NCBI GenBank assembly: GCA_964016885.1
Contig: OZ024740.1
Location: 252,216,001 to 252,280,000 of the forward strand
From: Eledone cirrhosa
Lineage: Eukaryota
DNA: 64,000 bases
Direction: 5' to 3'
The notes under the pieces are model-generated. The model made no database searches. It saw nothing but the letters and a program-made list of their open reading frames with translations, and was not told the DNA's origin. Position numbers and translations under genes: made by a program. This document shows, one piece after another, positions 26,501 through 38,400 of the stretch (its first letter is position 1; every line of letters starts with the position of its first letter).

Positions 26501-29417
26501 CAATTTAGTTAAGCAAAATTTGACAGGGGGGATCATCAACAACAGGTGGTGGGGAGCTCTCAAAAGAGAGATTAGAGTAACTTCGATAGAGTTCAGCAAA
26601 TAACTAGCGTTAGAGAAAAATAGAAAGGAGGAGGAGCTAGTAGATAAGTTAGACGAGGCTATTTGTAGTGGCATCGCAACTGACGTGCTAGCGGCGAGAA
26701 TGGCATTAGACCATTTCTTCAATGCGAAACACGAAGGTTGTATTGTCAGAGCTAAGGCGCGTGCGCTGAGAAACGAGGGAACCAAAGCTGTTCGATGGGC
26801 CCGCGTTGCGGAGTCGCAGCGTGGTAATAAAACCACAATTCGGTCTTTGGCGGACCGAGACGGACACGAGATAAACGATTCCAAGCGGATGTGTGAGGCC
26901 TTTCGCCAGCACGTTGCTCGGTTGTTCGGGGAGAGTGGCGAGTCAGAGAGAGTAGCGGATTTCAGTCCCTATCTTGACGGCTTGCCGCGCATCTCGACGG
27001 CCGACGCTGAGCGCTGCGAAAGGCCGATTACTTCAGCCGAAATTCAGGACGCCCTTGTCGGCTGCATAAGGCGCAAGTCACTCGGTTTGGATGGCCTGCC
27101 CTACGAGCTTTACGTAAATATGCCAGACTTGTTCTCCGATCTCCTCGAAGCACTTTACTGCAACTGGCATCAGAATGGGAATATTCCCAGTTCTGTGAGC
27201 AGGGGAGTGGTGACGCTGATAAGGAAAGACAAGAACAAGAGGGATACATTAGTAAAATTCAGGCCCATAACTCTGCTCAACACAGAGTTTAAGATTTTGG
27301 CCAATGATTGGCGCTTGTCGTCGAGGATTTGGTTGGGGAGGTGCAAACTTGCGCAATCCCAGCCAGGTCCATACACGACAATCTCCACCTCATGCGATAC
27401 ATAATAGAGAGGGTAGGGTGTAAACCTGGCTTCGGTGGGGCACTGATTAATTTAGATCAATCGAAAGCATTCGATAGGCTCGACCATCGGTATCTAGAGT
27501 TTGTCCTCAAAGCAGCTGGCTTCGGCCCTGTCTTCAGAAGCTGGATCGCTGCAATGCACACCGGCACACGTTCGGTGGTCAAGGTTAATTACCACCTCTC
27601 GGAACCATTTCGGCTCTCCCGATCGGTCCGTCAAGGGTGCCCTCTCTCTTCCCTTCTGTACGTATTGACTCTCGAGCCTTTACTGCGGAAGCTGGAGCTG
27701 TTGCAGTGCATCCCGCTCGAACCGGGACGTGGAAAGGCGGTGTCGGATTATGCGGGCGACATCACCGTGATGGTGTCGAACACCTCAGAAATCGAGGTAG
27801 TCTGCACCTTATTGAAGGAATATGAAAGGTTGACAGGAGCCAAACTTAACCCGGAAAAGTCGGTAGGCTTGCAGCTCAGAACCTGGAGAGGCAAGCCCAT
27901 GCCGTCCTATAGCGTCGTGGGGCGCTGGACGGATGGACCGGTAAAGTTGTTGGGGGTTTGGTTCGAACCAGACCTCCAGGTGGAAAAGAATTGGGACGAG
28001 GTAACGAGCAGAGTAGCCAGTCTCACCTAAAAATGGGCTGGGCGGAAGCTATCACTAAAAGGTCGCGCAGAGGTGGCGAATGCGTACATCGCGTCCGTCA
28101 TCTACTACCGCCTGACCGTCGTGCTTTGCCCCCGTCCGCGCCTCGTCAAGTTGGAACGGCTTCTCTTCAAATTCTTGTGGAGAAGACAAGTTCCGTTGGT
28201 GAGGCGATCCATCTGCTGCCAGCACCCTCTACGCGGAGGGCTGGGCATGCCGTGGCTAATGATGCACAGACATGCGTTGACGCTACGACATCTCCAGATA
28301 TTCTGCCTCAATGGTGAACAGGTGTGGTCGCCGTTTATCAGACGGGCCTTTCCGCAGCTCATTTCTTTGACTGAGCTGCAGTCCTGGGTCAAGAAGAGAC
28401 CGAGACTGGGTGACTGGCACCTGGAATGTTGCCAGGAACTTACTGCCCTCTAGCAAGCGGGCAATGCGATCAGTGGAACTTCCACTCTCGAGTTCTATAG
28501 AGGATTAGTGGTGGGCAAGTGCAATGACGCACTCAGAGAAGCTTTGGGCCTCGACGAAGTCGAACTGACCAGTCTGTACCGGAGGACTTTTGAGCCGGGG
28601 ACGATGGACAATTTCCAGAAATCCCTCGCTTGGCAGTGCTACCGGGGAGGGGGGGCACTGCCGGTTCGGGAAAAACTCTACAGGCACGGAAGTGCTGTCA
28701 GACGGACCTGCCCAAGATGCGCACAGAACGACGAAACCGTTCTGCAAGCACTTGTCCAATGTCCGTGCATTACTGACTTGTGGAGTTATGTCGAACAGCT
28801 ACTGTCACGTGTGGAACGAATCCGGCTATCGGCCGAGTCCATAGTGAAGATCGATCTACCGCCTTCCTTAAGTCAGGAAGAGCAGGAAATTTTCCTCTGT
28901 CTGGTGGCAGTTGCGAAAGAGGTTATATTGTGGACCAGGTTAAAAGGACTGAAGACAGACAATTTTCTCTTCGGCCAATCCCTCATCAACGTTTTCAAGT
29001 TTCACCTGGAAAGGAAGGTGAGGGTGGAGAGAGAAGTGCTGTCCCCCCAGTACATTTGCTAAAAGGTGGGTGAATGTGGCGAGAATGGCTCGTGTGAATG
29101 GGCCTACTCTGACCATGCGCCTATAGGCTAGCTAACTTGAGGAGAGGGGTGCTCTCCCTGGGTGCCCTAGCAGGGTGATTCAGGATTGGTGGGGTACCCG
29201 AGTCACCCCAGGGTCGTCCACCCCTATCGGGGAATTTATTTTGTTATATTTATGCATAGGTTATTTTATATTTTTATATTTTCATTGTTAAATTAGTCTT
29301 GCCATTGTGCACTTTTACTCGACCTTATTGTAAACCCCCACTGTCCCTGTCTTTGTATCGTCCCCTACATGTCGGCCCTGGTGGCTAATAAATGAAATCA
29401 TTATTATTATTATTATT
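23556..29417 (+). mobile_element. Tx1-like LINE copy 2, near full-length, degraded
   Basis: ORF1 remnants ~23746-25683 (RRTVLFR..RGKQFGTISV..PSYMGKR); ORF2 25713-29126 with stops and frameshifts; AATAAA then (TTA)n. Confidence 0.9.
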
Positions 29418-29633
29418 GAATGCTATGGTTGACGGAGGCTCGGCTCTGTAAGGTATTGTAAATTTTGAACGCTATAACAATTGTAAATTGTTTAAAACTT
29501 TAACCAACTTGTAGACAAAAACACCCTCCTCCTCGTGAGAGGGGTCTTTCTGTCCGTTATTTGGCCCTTCGGGGTTAAATAACTGCTTATTGGGGTTTTG
29601 TGCCCAATATTTATTTTAAACAAAAAAAACAAC

Positions 29634-31737
29634 ATGGCTACGAAAAAGAATTTTCATAGGTCACTCCCACTCATTCCGTCTTCTTCTTCCTCAATCGTCA
29701 CCACAGCAGAGAGAAGATTGTCTCTCTCCCTCCCTTCTTTAAATGTGTCTCTCTCCCTCCCTTCTCTTTCGCAAGCGACGACAGAAAAGAAAAGTCTCGT
29801 GCAAAGCGTGCAAGATTTCTCCACGAGGACAACGACGAAACAGGTGTGCGGGAAATACGAAAACCCATTTCATTCGTCTGACGTCAGGAATAATAGCAGT
29901 AGCAGCCGTAATAACAACAGCAACAGTGACAATGAAAACAACAGTAGCAGCCGCAACAGCATCAGCAGCAGCATAAACAACAACAGCATTAGCAGCAGCA
30001 ACAACAACAACAACAACCACAGCAACAGCGGCAGTAGTCGTAGTACCTGCAGCAACAACAAAAGTAACAGCAGCTCTGACGTCAACAGCAACAACAACAG
30101 CAGCAAAGAAAAACCAATCTCGTTTGCAGGTATTGCGAAGAACCTGGAAACAATCCTCATAACAAATGAGGAATTAGAGGAAGCGAAGAAGATGGGGACA
30201 AAAACTGGACACCGAGCAATCTGCAAGGCAGCGGAAACATTTTTCGAAACCCAACAGCACTGTACGGTCACGTACCGTACAGTAAGTACAAAATCCCGTA
30301 GGGTTGAAAGAGCCACAGAGGCTCAAATACAAAAAGCCTTGGGGTCTGTGTGGCAGCGGAAAACGCACATCACCCGAGGCAAGAAATATGCCACCGTAGA
30401 CGTACTTTTTGCCACACATCAGGAGGCAAAGGCTCAATCCGTAGTGACCCTAAGGAGCGAGGAAATGGTGTTGGTGCCCTCCTACTGCGGGCAAAAAATT
30501 GTGAGGGTCAAACTGACCCACGTCCCCCCCCGGGATGGCCCCTTCTTGGCTGGCCGCGTCTGTCCTCGTCGGAATCGAGGACAAAACAACTGTACTGCAA
30601 GTACAGAAAAAAGTAAGAGAAGATTGGGTCGGCACCTCCATTGAGATGTTAATCCAAACCAACCAGGAGTGCATCGAAGCTATCCCGGATGTGATAGACT
30701 TCGATAACGGCACTCAACTGCCCATAAGTGTTGAGGGCAAACGCCCGAAATGCTTTCGCTGTGGATCGAAGACTCACCTCAGGGCCTTCTGCAACGAGAA
30801 GACCCTGAGAAAGGAGAAAACCCCCCTCCTTCCGAAACCGGCTCCACGGCTACCAGAAACAGGACAAGCGGCAACCAGGAACGATAGGTCCGTGGCACCC
30901 ATACCCACGCCACGGAAATCAAAAACAGCAGCAGCAGTGGAAGTATTAACAACAACAACAGCAATACCAAATGCAGCTGCAACAGAGACTCCAGTGCAAA
31001 CATCACCAACAACAACAAGTGAAAGAGTGGAGCTGGTACCTCTCCCCGACCTCACAGAATCAGACATGGAGTGTGAGGTGGGAGAGGGATGGCAAAAGGT
31101 CGTAAGAAGGCACAAACGCAGAAGCAGCGCATCGTCGCCTTTGAAAAGGGAGGACAGAAATGAAAAAAGGGTAAAGTCTACTGCAAAGAGACTCACAGCA
31201 GCAACACCACCAACACCATCACCACCCACACTAGCACCACCATCACCACCGGCGACAACCCCACCGCCAACAACAACAACACCTTCAACACCACCACCAC
31301 AAGCACCAACATCGCAAACACAACAACAAAACACACACACCCAGCAAAAACGACAAGAAAATAGAAGAACCACACCCCGCCCCCAGAAAAACAAATGCAC
31401 GGCAATAAATACAGATAACAAGAAACTAATGACTTACATAATTGAACACACAGACATTTCACAACACGACTACATAATACCAGCACCAATCAAAACGCCA
31501 ACTAACATAAGACTGCTAAAAATAGCACAGAAACAATACACAAACATTAAAACGAAATTCCCCAACGCAGTTGGTGATTTCAGACACCTAGGAGGAACTA
31601 TCAACCGAAGAGTATATTCGGACATACTCATAGAAGAGCCCATGACCAGCCGAAGGGACGATTCAACGGTCCCTTCACCAGACGATCAAGTGAAAAGGGA
31701 TGGAAAAACCATCCCTCCTCTACGAAAAGTACGGTAA
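29634..31737 (+). pseudogene. ORF1 of copy 3 (Asn/Ser-rich, RRM-like, CCHC zinc knuckle, T/P linker); one frameshift in the C-run near 30525
   Basis: ISFAGIA, RGKKYATVDVLF, PSYCGQK, CFRCGSKTHLRAFC. Confidence 0.85.
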
Positions 31738-31772
31738 GTGGTCTTTCCCATCTTTTCCACTCTATTTTAAAC

Positions 31773-34700
31773 ATGACCTCACTCAGAATAGGCAGCATAA
31801 ATGCGCGTGGCTTGGGGTCGTCATGAAAGCAGGGTCACCTGCTCAATGACCTCAGGTCACTAAACATAGATGTAGTGGCCATCAGCGAGACCAGAATCTC
31901 CGAAGCACGGGCCTTCGCACCGATCTTCGGTGGCTACGATGTGTACGCATCTCCCAGCCGTCCTGGATCGGGGGGAGGAGTTGCTGCGCTTTTTCGGAGA
32001 GGTTTGGATCTCGCCATACGGGCCATCTTCCTGGACCCAGAGGGTAAGTTGGTGATGCTGGACGTGACCAGCGGAGACGGGCAAGCTTTCAGGCTAGTGG
32101 CCGTCTATGCCCCGACAGGAGCAGGGCCACCTGATTTCTTCCGGCGCCTGGAGACCTTTCTTGGAACGTCCCGCTCTTTAGTGTTAGTGGGCGACTGGAA
32201 CGGGATCTTAGATGCACGCTAGGACTGTGTGGGATTAGCGGATAGGGGTGGAGGGTGCAAGAGCCTCACCAACCTGCTCAGGCGTTTTGAACTGTCTGAC
32301 AGGTACCGATTGGATTTCTCGAATGTGCCAATGTGGACTTGGAAAAATCGCATAGGGTCATCCAGATCATATCTAGATATAGTATTTTGTAGGGAAATAG
32401 ATAGGTCTAGTATAGGCTGTCCACAATTCAAGATAGTCAGCTACACGGACCACAAATTCGTGATCTGTGTGCTTGACTTAGATAGGCTTCATAGACGAGG
32501 ACCCGGCTACTGGAAGCTAAACGCGTCCTTACCAGCGCGCAAGGCCTACAGAGACCGGATTAGCGAACTAGTTAAGCGGGCGTTGACGGGGGCCATCGTC
32601 AACAACAAGTGGTGGTTTGCTCTGAAAAGAGCGATTAGAATAGAATCCATTAGGTTTAGTAAGGCTTTAGCAATAGAGTAAAATAGAGCAGAGGGAGAAC
32701 TAGTTATAAAATTAGACGAGGCGCTTAGCAAAGGCATCGCGACCGACGTGCTTGCGGCGAAATTGGCCCTTGACCAATTCTTCAATGCAAAGCACGAAGG
32801 CTGCGTTGTCAGAGCAAGGGTGCGTGCCCTCAGACACGAGGGGACGAAAGCCGTTCAATGGGCCCGAGTGGCGGAGGCGCGTCGTGGCAACAAACCCACG
32901 ATCCGGTCCTTGGTGGACCACGACGGGCGCATGCTACTCGATCCCGGGCAAATGTGTGAAGCTTTTCAGCGACACTTCGCTCAGCTGTTCGGGGGCAGCG
33001 GTGGGTCGGGTCGAGGAATGGACTTTAGTGTCTACCTCGACGGACTGCCGCGGCTCTCGGCCACTGAGGCGAAGTGTTGCAAAAAGCCGATAACAGCCGC
33101 TGAAGTAAGGGAGGCAATGACTGGCTGCACAATGGGTAAATCGCCTGGTTTGGATGGTCTGCCCTATGAACTTTAAGTACAGATGCCAGACTTGTTCGGA
33201 GGCCTCTTGGCGGACGTCTACTGCAACTGGCAACAGAACGGGAGAATTCCCAGTTCTGTGAGCCGAGGAGCGGTGGCACTGCTGAGAAAGGATCCGAACA
33301 AGGGGGATAACATAGATAATTTCCGGCCCATAACTCTGCTAAACACAGAGTTCAAGATTTTGGCCAAAGTGCTAGCAAAGAGGTTGGCGTTTGTCGTTGG
33401 TGGTCTGGTGGGAGAGGCGCAGACATGCGCCATTCCCGACAGATCCATTCACGACAACCTCCACCTCATGCGATACATCGTAGAGAGGGTAGCTAGGGAA
33501 CCTGGCACGGGTGGGTCCTTGATCAATTTAGATCAGTCGAAAGCTTTCGATAGGGTCGACCATCGTTACCTAGCAGCAGTCCTGAGGGCGGCTGGCTTTG
33601 GGCCCGTCTTCAGAGGCTGGATCGCTGCCATGCACAGCGACATCTGCTCTGTGGTGAGAGTGAACGGTCACCTGTCGGAACCGTTCAACATCATGCGCTC
33701 GGTCCTCCAAGGATGTCCCCTCTCGTCCCTCTTGTACGTATTGACTCTCGAGCCATTACTGCACAAACTGGAGACGCTGAGGGGGGTCCCGCGCGAACTA
33801 GGATGCGGAAGATCCGTGTCAGCATATGCGGACGATGTCACCGTAGTGGTGTCGAACGCCAAACACATCGAGGCGATCGGCACTACACTAAGAGAATACG
33901 AAGCGGTGACAGGAGCAATGATCAACCAGGAAAAGTCAGTGGGCCTGCAGCTCGGCACCTGGAGAGGCAGGTCCATGCCGTCCAACAGCCTCGTCGGACG
34001 CTGGACGGACGAACCGGTTAAATTGCTAGGGGTCTGGTTCGGTCCGGACCTCCAGACGGACAAAAACTGGGACGAGGTGACGAGCAGGGTGGCTTTTCTC
34101 ACCCAGAAATGGGCGGAGAGGAAGCTATCCCTGAAAGGTCGAGCGGAGGTGGCTAACGCGTACATCGCGTCTGTCATCTGCTACCGCCTGACCGTCGTAC
34201 CTTGTCCTAAGCCTCGCCTGACTGCGCTGGAGCGTTTGCTCTTTCGCTTTTTGTGGAAGGGACGCGCTCCGATGGTCAGGTGGTCCATCTGTTGTCAACA
34301 CCCGCTACGTGGAGGGCTGGGCATGCCGTGGCTGATGATGCGCAGGCATGCGCTCAGGCTACGACATCTCCACCTCTTCCTCGACTGTGATCAGGTGTGG
34401 TCGCCGTTTGCTAGACACGTATTTCCCCAGCTCGTTTCCTTGACGGAGCTGCAGTCCTGGGTCAAGCGAAGACCGAGAGGGAGCGCCTGGAGACTGGAAT
34501 GTCTTCAGGCGCTCACAGCCCTCGACCAATCGGGCAATGTGATCGGTGGAAACTCCACCTCGGCGTTCTATAGAGGATTAGTGGAGGGGAAGAGCGACGA
34601 CGTACTTGGGGAAACTCTAGGCGTCGACGAAAATCAACTAGCCAATCTCTTCGGAAGAACTTTCGGGCCAGGGCCTATGGACAACTTCCAGAAATCTCTG

Positions 34701-35192
34701 GCCTGGCAGTGCTACCGAGGAGCCTTGCCAGTTCGGGATAAACTCTACAGGCATGGAGGTGCCGTCAGCCGGGCATGTCCGAGATGCGCGCAGGGCGACG
34801 AAACCGTCCTGCACGCACTCGTCCAGTGTCCGAAAATTGCTGACTTGTGGGTTTATGTCGAACACCTGCTGTCGCGTTTAGGACGGATCCGGCTATCATC
34901 TGAGTCCATCGTGAGGATTGCCCCGCCCTCCTCCTTTAGCCGGGAAGGGCAGGCAGTTTTTATCTGTCTGGTGGCCATGGCGAAAGAGATAGTATGGTGG
35001 ACACGTTTGAAAGGGCTGAAGACGAGCACTTACCTCTTCGGTGAAGCTCTGATTGACGTTTTCAAATTTCATTTGAAAAGGAAAATCAGAGTAGAGAGGG
35101 AAGTGCTCTCTTCCCAGCATTTTGTTGAAAGATGGGTGATAGAAGCAAGAATGGCTCGAGTGAATGGGCCTACTCTGAGTATATATCTGTAA
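31773..35192 (+). pseudogene. ORF2 of copy 3 (EN-RT-zinc knuckle) with in-frame stops
   Basis: INARGL, ISETR, GDWN, TDHK; AYADDV; CPRC..ETVLHALVQC; stops near 31823, 32220, 32679, 33174. Confidence 0.92.
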
Positions 35193-35467
35193 ATTAAAGG
35201 TGGAAAACTGGGAGAGGGCATTTGCCTTGGTGGTCAGGGTCATTGTGGTCTTTTACTGGGCTTTCTCCACAAATGTCCCTCCGAAGTCTCCCCCCTATTG
35301 GGGAATTTTTCATTGTTATTTTTTGTTACATCCTCTGTTTTTGTTTTTTACACGCAGAAATGCCCATTTGTACCGTCCTGTATTGTCCTGCACTGTCCTT
35401 AATGTCTACTTTATGTAAACCCTTGTGGTTAATAAAGAAATCATTATTATTATTATTATTGTTGTTA

Positions 35468-38400
35468 TTCCTTGAATCTCAGTCATTGATGTTGGTTAAC
35501 TGGAAAGTCCGTTGGATTGAATATCAAGCCACTACCTGCAGCCTCAGATATTCAGGACGTATCGGAGGGTTCTTGCTGTTCCAAGCAAGCATGCCTTTTG
35601 AAGCGTTCCAAAAAGCGTGAAGGGGCCGATTTTCTTTAACCATCCCTGGAAACTTTTGGAGATAGTCCCCAGTGCGCCTATGACAATCGGGATCACTTTG
35701 ACTTCATGGCAGTTCCAAATCCTTTTCACCTCCCACTTTAGGTCCTGGTATCGGTTAATTTTCTCCCTCTCCTTCTCTTGCACTCTCGTGTCGAACGGGC
35801 AGGCCACATCCACAATCAGACACGATCTTTTTTCTTTGTCCACAACCACCAGGTCAGGTCTATTGTGTTCCAGTTTTTTGTCCGTCTGTATCCTAAAATC
35901 CCACAGCACCTTCACCTGATTGTTCTCCATCACCGCCTCTGGCCTATGCTCATACCATTTCTCAAAATGTGGTAGATTGTTTACTTTGCACAGGTGCCAG
36001 TGGATCACCCTGCCCATCACATCGTGTCTCCAGCCCTTATAGTGGGTCTGGGCTAGGTGTTTACACTCGGACACAATGTGAGCCACAGTCTCCTCTCTCT
36101 CTCCACAGATCCTGCACAGTGGGCTAGCCTCCTCCTTGTAAATATGGTGCTTCAACCACTTCGTTTTGAGGGCCTGCTCCTGCGCAGCCATTAGCATTCC
36201 TTCTGTAGCCTTTTTGAGGTCTCCTCTTCTCAACCAGTTCCATGTCTGTGGATCTCTAAATTCAGTTTTCTCAAAGAAGGTACTATGAAGGGATTTTCCC
36301 TTAAGGCTGCTCTTCCTCCTTGATGTTATTTCCTCCTTGGACATCCCCTGGCCTACTGTCCCCTCCTTCAGTACAGTTCTGAGCATTGGCTCCTTACTAT
36401 AGGTCACGTATTTGTATAGGTTGTTTTTCTCCATCTGAACACAGTCCTCTATGCTGATAAGACCTCTTCCACCCTCAGATCTCCTTAGGTAGAGTCTATC
36501 GACATCACTCCTCTTGTGGAACATGTTGTAGATAGTCAATAGCTTCCTAGTCTTCCTATCCATTTCTTTTTGTTCAGCAACATTCCATCTCAGAATTCCC
36601 GCACTGTACCTAATAATAGACACAGCTCGGGAATTTACTGCGCTTATGGCATTTCTGCTGTTCAGATGTGACTTCAATACGCTCCTTACTCTCCGAATGT
36701 ATTCAGTTTTTAACAATTCCTTCATTTTTTTGTTCTTTATGCCATCAGCCTCCAGAACGCCCAAATACTTGTATCCTTCCTCAGAGTCAATTTCCTTTAT
36801 CATCTCACCTGTTGGTATCTGGATCCCGTTACTTCTGCTCAACCTACCCCTCCTCATCACAATGACTCCACATTTACCAATACCAAACTGCATACATATA
36901 TCACTGCTGAAAATACGGACAGTGTCAACAAGCACATCCAACTCCTTCTCACTTTTCCCGAAGAGCTTAAGATCGTCCATGAAGAGGAGGTGATTGATGG
37001 TAAGCTCTCCCCTTCCCAACTTGTATCCTGCTCTCACTTTTCGCAGCATAATGGTCAAGGGCATCAGGGCAAGGACAAACAACAGAGGGGACAGGCTATC
37101 TCCCTGGAAGATACCTCTCTTGATCTTCACGCTTCCCAAGGATACTCCAGTTGATGTCAACTCTGTCTCCCAGGACCCCATACTCCTGCCTAGCAACTGT
37201 CTGATGTTATCTGCCACCCTGAAGATCTCCAGGCTTTTGGTGATCCAAGAATGAGGCACCATGTCAAATGCCTTTCTGTAGTCTATCCATCCCATGGCAA
37301 GATCAATGTGTCTCCTCCTGCAATACCCCATTACCATCTTATCAATAAGTAACTGGTCCTTTGTACCACGTGACTTCTTTCGGCATCCTTTCTGTTCGTC
37401 CGGTAACAAGTTGTTTGTGTGGAGGTGATGGTAGATTTCCTCAGACACAATGCTCGTCAACAGTTTCCACATTACGGACAGACATGTGATAAGTCTATAG
37501 TTGGTAACATCATTACCCTTGATTCGGTCTTTCATTATCAGAACTGTGGTACCTTTTGTCAACCACTCTGGCACCTCACCCGACACCAAGCAGTCATTGA
37601 ACATGGCCGTCAGCTTCGGGTGGAGGGATGTTAAATGTTTAATCCAATACCCCTGCACACCATCTGGGCCTGGTGATTTCCAGTTGGTTAGTTTTTTGGC
37701 CTGCCCCTTAAGAGTTTCAACTGTGATACTCAAATCAGTTTGTTGTTGTGCCTGCTCACCGATCTCCCTCTGTACTGTCTCAATCCACCCTGCCTGGACT
37801 TTATGTCTAACATCCTGCTCCCACATTCCTCTCCAGAATGTTTTAGTTTGCTCCGCCCCAGGGATCAAGTCGTTGCCTCTTTCTTTCCCCTCAAGCTGTC
37901 CAAACAGCATCTTCTGGTTGTTGTCGAACATGCGGTTCTGTTTATACTGACTGACTCTGTTCTCGTATCGCCTGATTTTTGCACTCTTTGCTACAATGCG
38001 TTGCTTCAGTTCCTCTATGATAATATTTAGCTTTTTCCTCCTAGTTTTGTATTTTATTTCCAGTCTATTTTTAGTGCCTATGTTTTTTAGTGTCCCATTC
38101 AGTAGTGACTCAAGCTTTCCTATGTCATTTCTCATTTCCCCGATTTGCCCACTCAGTCGCTTCTTCCTCCACGGCTCTGCTCTTTCTTGTCTGTTGTTTC
38201 CTCTCGCTTTTATACCAAGTAGTTTCCTCACCGTATTTGCTGTTGTTTTGAGGATATTGTTGCACTGGTGAAGGCTCCTCGCCTCAAGGTATGGGATGAC
38301 TTTGTTTACCTTAGCTGTTGTTTCTTTTAACTTTTTCCTGTCTACAAATCTTAGATTCATAGGTCTCCCACTATCATTGTTCAATTCATCTACCACTAAA

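Larger units (their letters stand above)
29418..35460 (+). mobile_element. Tx1-like LINE copy 3, full-length
   Basis: 5' UTR, ORF1, ORF2, 3' UTR, AATAAA at 35431 and (TTA)n. Confidence 0.92.
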
